From: Octopus bimaculoides
Lineage: Eukaryota
Assembly: GCF_001194135.2 (NCBI RefSeq)
Contig: NC_068992.1
Location: 1,421,261 to 1,454,420 of the forward strand
Direction of reading: 5' to 3'
Length of the DNA: 33,160 nucleotides
The translations under genes were made by a program, and so were the position numbers. Of this stretch, positions 23,540 through 33,160 are shown in pieces (positions within the stretch are counted from its first letter, which is position 1; each line of letters opens with the position of its first letter). The notes beneath the pieces were generated by a model. That model had not been told where the DNA came from. It made no database searches and worked only from the letters and a program-made list of their open reading frames with translations.

Positions 23540-26500
23540 GGATTGGCTGTATCTTCCATTCTGTGAATCTTTATGTATTACATATTTAGAGAAATGTTGT
23601 GCATTATATGAATATATTTTGTACATATTTAATATATGAAATGTTTAATAAATCTTTGCAAAATATTCGTTTGCAAAATATATCTTGAGTATTTGCTTAT
23701 TATTAATGTCGCAGTCATTTCGCCTACTAAATGCTGACATTCGACAAGAGGATACGACAAGCAACAGAATGGTCACCTCTGCCAATCAAAATAACTTCAT
23801 CTGCCCAGTAACGAGCAGTAGCAAAATAGTGGCCAGAGTCAGCTTTCACACAAACTAAATTGCATCCACTGTAGGCTAATGACAAATGAATGTTATTCCT
23901 ACTCCGATTTCATCATTTGAAAATACTTTATGACTCTTGCGGCTGAGGTATACTATTTTCATTACGTTGCTTGTACACGTTGGCATTGTGACTATGCATT
24001 ACAAATATTTTGCTTTTCGTCTTATTTCTGGGATAGTGTTTTTTTTTTTCTTATAAATTAGATATCGTTCTTCATAATGTCCACTCCGATAAACTCCACT
24101 CCGCAGGTGATTGGTGGTGAGCTTTCCAGCAACGAACTAAACTATCCTGTTTAAAAAGCATGACACCTGGCTTCGAAAACTTTTAGACGATAGTTTACAA
24201 GAGGGCTTAACTGTTGACCCGCTTTGATGAACAGTTATGCTGCTACCTTACATCTAGACTACCTTACATCTAGTCAAATACAGTTTAGCGATTTATGACA
24301 CATCACATACGTAAGACAGCAGCTGAACATCTTGCACATAGACATTCCTCATGGAGCATCACCAAGCAAGCCCAGCAAATTACATACTTTGGTATATTAA
24401 CTGGCATAGTAGATAGCTTTATTGCGGAGAGTCTTCACACAGGCGTTCATATAGTGTTTATCGTTTATTGCATTACAACGTCAGTAAACAGAATTTCTAT
24501 GTACGACCTGATCTTATTGCCTACGTCAGGGTTCATTTTCTTTCTGAGCATCCCTGGATAACTTAACATATATTACCAGTGAACATTGTTTCATATGTTC
24601 GTCTAATATGTAACAGGTTGTGGCATATAAATCAAACGTCAGCATTGACAGGGATATGAGCATTAACGATGTTGACTTTGCATGCCACAATCAAGGCTGC
24701 AACAAAATTTCACGTCTCTCATCTACAATGTGTAAAGTTTATTCTATATAAAAATTGATTTGGGAAATTTAATGTTCCAAACAATTTGAAATTAAGAATT
24801 TACTGATATTGTATTTAAATTACGCTAGAATTTACTCTTCTTTTCTACACACACACGCGCACACAGAGTCATGCATGTATAAACACTCATGCTACACTTG
24901 AAAAAACGTTTTTGATCAAAATTATATACAATTTCATAAAACATAGACACACTTCCGTTATGGAATAAGCAATAAACAAGGAACAATAAAAACATTGATT
25001 TTGTAGTTGTGCTTCGGTTAGATTTTTTCCTTTTCTTATAAAATTGATATCAGATTTTAAAAGCTTTGCCATCTTATGAACCTCTAATTTTCCCCATAGA
25101 AATTCGACGCAATTTGAGCATTGTTCAACAATTTTATCAGTTACCGATAATCGCTTATTGGTTGCGCAAGGGATTAATTTTATCAGAAACCTTTGATCAA
25201 ATTATATTCATCACCAAACGCTGTAATCAACTACCTGCAAATTCGCAAATATCAACATAATACAAATCGTGTGTTAGTGAAGTGTGTTTTCTTGCAACAA
25301 AAACCATTTTGAACAGTTATGCCTGTTTGGATTCACTTAAGATAAGGAAAATAATCAGAAACATTTTTCCGATATCAGAATTGCCTTGAGCTTTAAATTA
25401 TTTCCTGGTAATCAAATAAGGGAATACTTATTCAATGAACCATTCAGAAAAGAAATGCTAAACTTTTTGTCAGGTATCCACAAAACGGGCAAACCAGATT
25501 TTGAGCAATTTATATTCTCTTCGGAGTATACGGAGAAAAAAAGCTATGGTTTCTGCTTCATGTATGCAGTGACATTTGTTCCTGACATGAACGAGACGAA
25601 AGTCTTGCTGCTTTTCAAACTTGATGTATTTTTTAAATCTTTTCTCATCATAGAAGTTTAACATAACCTACATTTATTTCGTTCTTTAACACTTATCAAA
25701 TGTGCAGGAAATTCCAATGCACCTTGAATGTCAGTATTTTTAATTCTATAGCGATCCGAATGCTATGGAGAAGTTCTTTTTATATATTTACATATCCAGC
25801 TTCCAAACGAAGCAACATAAGTGTACGTTCCTTCCTCTATTTCTGTTTACGAACCATTGAGTGAACGTATCTCCTTTTACCGGATGACCAGTACAATGAT
25901 GTCACTCAGTTTTACGCGACAGATTTTATATTCTAGATACACACTAAGGTTTTAAACACACGAGAAAAATACATTTTGTAAATTCCTTTTGATATATCCT
26001 CACTTTTTAATTTAAAGCATGACATGTTTTACACTTATGTAACAAAGTGGAGCAAAGACACCATGGAATATATTTTATATGTATAAACACTGTACTTTAA
26101 GAAACTATATTGCTTCCAATCCAGTCAACACGTAATTAGAGAGGAAGCACAACAAAAAATAATGTGTTCGTTGATATCTCAATTGAAAAACGTTTAACCA
26201 CAGCGACTCGAAAGCAAGAAGCACTAGTATTAACTTCATATCAATAAACAAAATCTCAGTTGATTCATTAAAAAGTGATAATTAATTCCATCGCTAAAAA
26301 AACATTCTGTGAATCAGATGCATCGAAAGAATGTGGATATATACATACATACACACACATACAAGCAAACGCATATATATATCTATATATACACACGCAC
26401 ATACATACATATACATGTATTTATAAGTGTGTTTGTGTGTGTATGTGAGTGTGTGTGTATCGGTGAGCGATCGAGAAATGTCAAGTGTGTGTATGTGTGA

Positions 26501-26670
26501 GTAACCGTTTAAATATGCAGGGCATTGATATCCATCGTGTTAGAATCTACACTTTACGTGTTACACACACATACACAAACACAAACACACACACAGACAC
26601 ACACACACATTGTCTCTCTTATGGTAAAAGGGTTTGAAAACAGCACTTCGTTCTGTGTCGCCATCTGTCA

Positions 26671-26671
<1 letters not shown>

Positions 26672-26735
<64 letters not shown>
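26672..26735. repeat. (TA)n microsatellite
   Basis: Direct reading. Confidence 0.97.
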
Positions 26736-26739
26736 CATG

Positions 26740-27021
26740 CATACAAAATTAAGAGGACTGACCACCAAAGTGAACTCCTATGTGCTAGATATAGACGTCA
26801 AATCGCCTAAACACGAAGAGTATGTTCTGAAGAAAAAAATTTCAGCAAAACGGCAGACTGTAAAAATGAGCAAGACAAATCAAAGTCTTGCTCATTTTTA
26901 CAGTCTGGCGATTTGCTGAATTTTTTTTCTTCAGAACATACTCTTCGTGGTTAGGTGATTTGAGGTCTATATCTAACATATAGGAGTCCACTTTGGTGGT
27001 CATTTCTCTTAATTTTGTATG
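26740..27021. repeat. Long palindrome/fold-back: 137-bp arms, 8-nt loop
   Basis: 26740-26876 versus the reverse complement of 26885-27021: 11 mismatches, no indels (hand count). Confidence 0.95.
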
Positions 27022-27224
27022 TAATATAATTTTAATCTTCGGATTTTTTAAATATGTTAAGCCACTGGTTTTAATTTATTAATATCAATTTCTACCCTCA
27101 TTATTTAATTTATATATATATGCACACACACTCATACTTACATATATATCCAGATATGTAATTTGTATTAAAAATACTGTCTATAATATTTACGAAGCGT
27201 AGATTCCAGGATAGGTAAAAAAAC

Positions 27225-27600
27225 TTAAATGAAACTCAGATATGCTTCGACCAAAGATTGGTCCAAAACATGTCTGACTTAATAGCACCACTCGATAGGA
27301 TAGGATTATGTAAATCCTTTTTAAGTCAAGTTTTGTAGTATCATAGTCTATTCATGTAGTGAGATCTTGAGTGAGATGTATCCAGGTATAGGTGGCTTAT
27401 CTGGAATTCCTTGAAAAAATTTGTCCAGACTCCGTATAAAGGTGATGGGTCCTTTTCCTCTTTGATCAGTTTTGGGACAATGTTAAACAGGGCAGAGCCT
27501 GTTGAAGAAAAGAAATGGTGTCACAGTGTACCTATATGTTGTGATCCTGAATTGGCCAGGGGACGTATGGCCTTTGGTCCCAACGTGAGTAACAAAGAGG
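27225..27600 (-). mobile_element. 3' end of a CR1/L2-like LINE
   Basis: LGPKAIRP...HIGTL*HHFFSSTGSALFNIVPKLIKEEKDP/FIRSLDKFFQGIPDKPPIPGY matches the G..LFN.LP...F...LD.FL..IPD.P..PGY C-terminus, followed by a probable 3' UTR. Confidence 0.75.
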
Positions 27601-28124
27601 TACAGGTGTTAATTCAATAAGGCCGTTTCTACCGATCCCTTTCATTGATTGAGGAGAAAATTACATAATTGTAAAAAACCATTTTCGTCAGATGAATTCA
27701 TAATCTCCAAACATTAGGGACAGTTCAACTTATTCAGTATAGTTAAGAAATTCACACAAATCATACCATGTTTAAGGTAATTCAGTTAATAAAACCAGTT
27801 TATATATTTATTTTGCATTCTCTTTTTGTTATAATTGTCATTTTACTTGTAACTATTCCTTTTCTGTTTTAAATCCCATAGAAAAATATTTTTGAGTGGT
27901 TTTGTGGGTTGGGCTCGAATGGATTAATTATATTTTAGTTAATTTCAATGGGGAGTAAATCGTAAGAGGATCACGGTCATAGAACGAATTAAACTTGTAC
28001 TACGTGGTATCACTATACTAATATTTCGATTAGTCTTCGCGATACGAATAACCTGTGTTGAAACTCAGTATTCAAGGTCAGTCGGGTGCAGAGTGTGATA
28101 AGAAATTTATGCGTCTTACAAGGA

Positions 28125-28369
28125 GTAAGAAAATATGTAATGAGTTTCATTACCTTACAGCTGTTTCTGTTATGAGATGCAATCCACTGATAGCTGAGTG
28201 CTTGTGTATCCCCTTACAGCTTTGCCGGAGTAGAAGAAAAAGGAAGTTCAGTTTTATTTTGGAGAGCATCCGCCGAAGCAATAAGATAATACACAAGCAC
28301 TCAATTACCAGTGATTCGAATCTTATAGCAGAAACATTTATAATGCAGTTCAATACATAACTTTTTACC
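28125..28369. mobile_element. Degenerate fold-back/MITE-like element (~100-bp imperfect arms, ~40-nt loop)
   Basis: gtttctgttatgagatgcaatccactgatagctgagtgcttgtgtat versus the reverse complement of atacacaagcactcaattaccagtgattcgaatcttatagcagaaac; similarity extends inward and outward. Confidence 0.65.
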
Positions 28370-29183
28370 ATGTAATACACAAACATATATGTATGTATAT
28401 ATGTATGAATATTTGTGTGTGTGTGTGCGTGCGTGTGTGCGTGCATGCGTGTGTGTGTGTGTGTGTTATTATAGGGTAAAAGGAACACTAATTTTATGAG
28501 ACGTTACGTAGCTTTTGTTTTCAAATTATTTTCTAATATCATGTGCAAATCCTCCTGATTCTTTTGCCAATTTCCAAAATAAACTATCCATAATCTGAAG
28601 GCTAATAACATTTGCTATAATATTACCTGGTCTGTTTTTCGAACTGGAACACCTCACCAAGGTCGCTGCACTAAACGCAATCCGGTAGCAGAGCATCTCT
28701 GAAAATATTATGAGAGAATAGAGATCTCCTAAATAACGAGCGTAATGCAGTTACATCGTGTAAACATCGTTCTTTGGAACGTTTATTTTTTGCCATTTAT
28801 TCAATAGGCTGTGACTTTTTTACACAGCAATAACTTGCATTTCCACGTCCTCACCTTGATCTAGCGTTTCTTCATCCTTTTGCCTATATAAAATGGTAGC
28901 ATTAAGCATTGTGACTCATTTTCATTCCTATGATAGCTTTGACTTTAAAATTGTGTTTTATAATTTTGTTCATAATAATAATTTTATATCTTTTCCTTAT
29001 ACATTTATTCATTTATATTTCTTTGTCCTTATTTTGTCTTCGTGTTCTCTTATGTCCTTCTTTATCATGTTCTTTTTAAATTCGTTTCAATACTGGTTGT
29101 TGTACAGTACACTTCCTAGTAGAAGTTGGCTGTTGGAATTTAATTGGAACCAGCCTGAGACCGTGGCTGCTTTCAACTAGTGT

Positions 29184-29774
29184 CAGTCAACATCACAGTG
29201 TTTATAGTAATCATTAGTGATGGAGACGTTATGCCTCCATTCATCTTCCCACACGGCCTCACACTCAACACTATCTAAAGTGCCTGGAGGAGGTAGTGGT
29301 GCCCTGGGTCGAGAGGGCGGCTACAGGAAGACGCTATATCTGGCAATAGGACTCTGCACCATGCCACACGAGCGAGAGAACGCAGGCATAACTGTCGCAC
29401 AATTTTTGCTACATCACCACTAACATCTGGCCACTTAACGCCCCATACTGCAATCCTTTTGATTATTATGTGTGGGGCGTAGTGGAGCGAGAGATCAAAA
29501 CAACTTCTTGTATCACCAAAGATGAACTGAGGGCAAGGATTATGGCAGAATTCACCAACTTAAACAAGGAAAGCCTCCAGAGGAGTTGCAGGAGATTCCG
29601 AAGTCGTCTGGAGGCTGTAGCCGAAGCCGATGGCGATCTTGTGGAATAAATCTACCGTGTAGTATTCCAAGATATTTTTTTATGTAATTTTGGTAGATAT
29701 AACTGTTAAATTGAGATGCCAGAGTTATTTTCATTTTTGCATAATTTACACGACAATTTATTCACCGCACCCTG
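29184..29774 (+). mobile_element. 5'-truncated Tc1/mariner transposon, DD37D (maT)-type
   Basis: VMPPFIFPHGL...YIWQ*DSAPCHTS...IWPLNAPYCNPFDYYVWG...RRFRSRLEAVAEADGDLVE* (stop at 29647-29649). The terminus ...GACAATTTATTCACCGCACCCTG ends at 29774. Confidence 0.9.
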
Positions 29775-30492
29775 TTTATTACGACAGTAGCAAGGAGCAT
29801 AAATGCATTTGTCATGTCCATATATAGGTAATGCTTAGAAAGATAGTCATATAAAGAGAAGTGAGACAGATTCAATATTTACTTAATGATATTTGTATAA
29901 AATCATATAATTATAATGTTGTTCATAGCATTGTGTTATTATATCTTATATATTCCAGACTTCTCTCACTACTTCTTTCCATTTTTTGCATATTTTTTTG
30001 TTTGTCTGTATTTAGAAACATTCTATAAAATGATCTTCATATATGTTATTATTGAATTGAAAAGCAAATAATAAAACTGTGGGAAATTAAGCTTTTTCTA
30101 CGCGAAGTTGTATTTGGAGATGTTACTATAAACCGCAGTGTTATGCTTGTTTATTCTGTCATCCGTGTCATTAGAATTTATGCTTCAATGATAAGAAAAA
30201 TTTCAAGAAATATTTTCTGAAAGTCGTGAAAAAATAATTTCTAAAAACAATATTTTTTTTATTATTTTCGTAAATTTGCACATATACAAATAGATATAAT
30301 AAATACATATATATGCAACCAACACACACAATACACACATACATACACACTAACAATACATCTGCATACAAAACTGTGTGATTTTGTGCATGTGTAATGA
30401 AGTGTGGATACGTGTGCGAGTGTTTGTGTCGTATTTTGGGAAAAAAGATGAAATAATGTATTCTACGGTATTATTCAGTGAAAATATACGAG

Positions 30493-30515
30493 AACAACAA
30501 CAACAACAACAACAA
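30493..30515. repeat. (ACA)n microsatellite
   Basis: Direct reading. Confidence 0.95.
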
Positions 30516-31096
30516 AAACACAGAGACATATATTCATACATTTTGTACAATCACATATACATGTAGAAATAACATCTATGTACACGTATGAATATATGAA
30601 AGCCTATACAAGTAATATACATATGTATGGAATTCATTTCCTGATAAAAAGGATATGAAGTGTAAAAACATTACATTTTGCTATTTAATAGGTGTATCGA
30701 TTGACGCTTATTTACGGCAAATATTATTTTTGTTTTCATTGAAGTTATATGTGAATACAGAAAAAAAATGTTCTATGCAAATAACTGATGTGACGACAAC
30801 AGATATATAGAAAGTACACGCACACATGTTTTACACGCATACATTCAGACAAACACACATACACACATACATGCATACACACATATATACACATATACTC
30901 ACATATACCCAAATACATACAGATACAAATATGCACTCGCGTAGGCACACACATTTATTCTATAAATATACATGTGCAGATATCTGCTTCTGTATACATC
31001 TGGAAATTACACGTATATATGCCTAGTCATATGCATACATACACACATACATACATACATATATACATACATACATGCATACATACAGACATAAGA

Positions 31097-31139
<43 letters not shown>

Positions 31140-31149
31140 TATACATATA

Positions 31150-31273
31150 NNNNNNNNNNNNNNNNNNNNNNNNNNNNNNNNNNNNNNNNNNNNNNNNNNN
31201 NNNNNNNNNNNNNNNNNNNNNNNNNNNNNNNNNNNNNNNNNNNNNNNNNNNNNNNNNNNNNNNNNNNNNNNNN
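31150..31273. other. Assembly gap in (TA)n
   Basis: Run of N. Confidence 1.
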
Positions 31274-31312
<39 letters not shown>

Positions 31313-32169
31313 TTATACAATATATATAAATAGAGAGAGAGAGAGAAATTGAGAGAAGAGATATGTATATATTTTATGTACAATAGATGAAAATATGTAT
31401 ACATGCACACACACACGCATAAGGACATACAGACGCACAGATACACACAAACGCACATAAGCCCACACATACAAACACACATAGACACACCTATGTATAT
31501 ATATGTGTGTGACTGCTTGTGAGTATGCGTGTGTGTGTGTGTGTGTGTGTGTGTCTTTGTAATAAATGAAGGAATGAAATCTGTCAGAACAAGAAGGCAT
31601 ATTTCATGTGTTAGTGATAAATGAAAATGTGAAAAAAGCTATACCAGTCTTCAGAGTATTGTAATAAGTAACATATAATACTTAAATTTAGCACTCAATA
31701 ACAGGACCATCAATATACATTATTCTGCCTGAAGCACGTGCTCTTCTAACGCCCGGGATTTGCTTTATGATACGACACTTCCCTTCACAGGCTTAACACT
31801 GATTGTAGTCTATGTGCCAAATATTATGAAACGAAATGTTACAATTCGAAATATTAATATGATTGACAGTTGTCTAATATTTGAGAGAAGACCTAAAATA
31901 TCAGATAGTATGAAATTTCGAAAAAAAAAAAAAGAAGACCGAAAAATTAATACACCGGTGGACATTTAGAAAGTATCTCAATATTTCGGCTAGTATAGTA
32001 TTTCCTCTGTGTCGCACATTGTCCTTTTAGATATACTGACGTGCAAACACTAGTAAAATGTAGGTAATACTTGGGAAAATTACGTACAGAAAATAACCGC
32101 ATATAAGTATAAGTATATACACATAAATACATATATACATTCATATATATATAAACATATATATACGTA

Positions 32170-32200
<31 letters not shown>

Positions 32201-32483
32201 NNNNNNNNNNNNNNNNNNNNNNNNNNNNNNNNNNNNNNNNNNNNNNNNNNNNNNNNNNNNNNNNNNNNNNNNNNNNNNNNNNNNNNNNNNNNNNNNNNNN
32301 NNNNNNNNNNNNNNNNNNNNNNNNNNNNNNNNNNNNNNNNNNNNNNNNNNNNNNNNNNNNNNNNNNNNNNNNNNNNNNNNNNNNNNNNNNNNNNNNNNNN
32401 NNNNNNNNNNNNNNNNNNNNNNNNNNNNNNNNNNNNNNNNNNNNNNNNNNNNNNNNNNNNNNNNNNNNNNNNNNNNNNNNNNN
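32201..32483. other. Assembly gap after (TA)n
   Basis: Run of N. Confidence 1.
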
Positions 32484-32766
32484 CCGTTTTCCTATGTGTT
32501 CGTTCCGTTGTCTGTAGTTTATTGTTCTAACGTCCTGTACCCTGATATGCATGTATATACACATGTAGATGTAAGTATGTACATATATGTGTGTATACAT
32601 GTATATATATTCTTTGTATTATATATATATATATATATATATACATGTGTATGTGTGTATCCATATATATATGCATATACATATGTTTATATGCATATAT
32701 ATATATATGTATATACATAAATATATATAGGAGAGTATTGTAGTTCGCTTGAAGCATTGTGTATTG

Positions 32767-33002
32767 TTTGTAAAGAATAAAAAGTTTAGGAAACTATAAC
32801 AATGCAATATAGAACAAAAAATGGACTGTATACATGTTGTAACTTGGTAAACTGTAGTCCGATGACAAATAAGATCTGAAGAAGGAATTCTAATTCCGAA
32901 ATATCATTGGGCTACAGTTTATCAAGTTACAACAGGTATACAGTCCATTTTTTGTTCTATATTGCATTGTTATACCTTCCTAAACTTTTTATTCTTTATA
33001 AA
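32767..33002. repeat. Inverted repeat: 101-bp arms, 34-nt loop
   Basis: 32767-32867 versus the reverse complement of 32902-33002: 8 mismatches, no indels (hand count). Confidence 0.95.
32873..32908 (+). ncRNA. Minimal hammerhead ribozyme core
   Basis: GAU-CUGAAGA-A-GGAAU ucua AUUCC-GAAA-UA-UC-AUU. The core is intact, stem II is a perfect 5 bp, helix III is the palindrome AUAU and the cleavage triplet is AUC. Stem I is only 3 bp. Confidence 0.6.
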
Positions 33003-33105
33003 TATATATGCATATATATATGTATATATTTATATGTGCGTGTGTATATGTAAATATATACATAAATACATGCACACACACACACACATACATACATACA
33101 TACAT

Positions 33106-33160
<55 letters not shown>
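33003..33160. repeat. Mixed (TA)/(CA)/(TACA) microsatellite
   Basis: Direct reading. Confidence 0.95.

Noticed and set aside
23740-23850. Minus-strand SGHYFATAR resembling a USP His box
   Set aside because: Downstream motif spacing is wrong and there is no exon context
24295-24561. 88-aa hydrophobic ORF and a minus-strand C..C...H..C pattern
   Set aside because: No recognisable family; the cysteine pattern lies in a stop-ridden frame
25386-25661. 91-codon ORF (…KPDFEQFIFSSEYTEKKSYGFC…) with a faint DENN or MULE resemblance
   Set aside because: Similarity too weak to call without a profile search
1-33160. CRISPR array, rRNA, prokaryotic operon or defence system
   Set aside because: No repeat-spacer periodicity, no rRNA-like sequence and no gene-dense ORFs; the DNA is eukaryotic and repeat-rich

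Overview
AT-rich eukaryotic DNA that is dense in microsatellites and contains five assembly gaps. It looks intronic or intergenic. The tRNA-derived SINEs and LINE remnants resemble repeats I recall from octopus (cephalopod) genomes; that assignment comes from pattern recognition, not a search. No intact host gene can be supported, and most ORF-track entries are translations of simple repeats. Supportable content: a decayed Tc1-type transposon with DD36E spacing (13.6-14.7 kb), a DD37D/maT-type remnant (29.2-29.8 kb), four fragments of RLE-endonuclease (R4/Dong-like) LINEs, a CR1/L2-like LINE tail, an RTE-like tail, several tRNA-SINEs and four long fold-back structures. The most interesting signal is that two fold-backs carry minimal hammerhead-ribozyme motifs of the Penelope-associated type. 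One (11.06-11.58 kb) is in a tRNA-headed SINE with an inverted partial copy. The other (32.77-33.00 kb) is in the loop of a 101-bp inverted repeat. There are also weak candidate exons and a small TM plus coiled-coil ORF near 18.9 kb.
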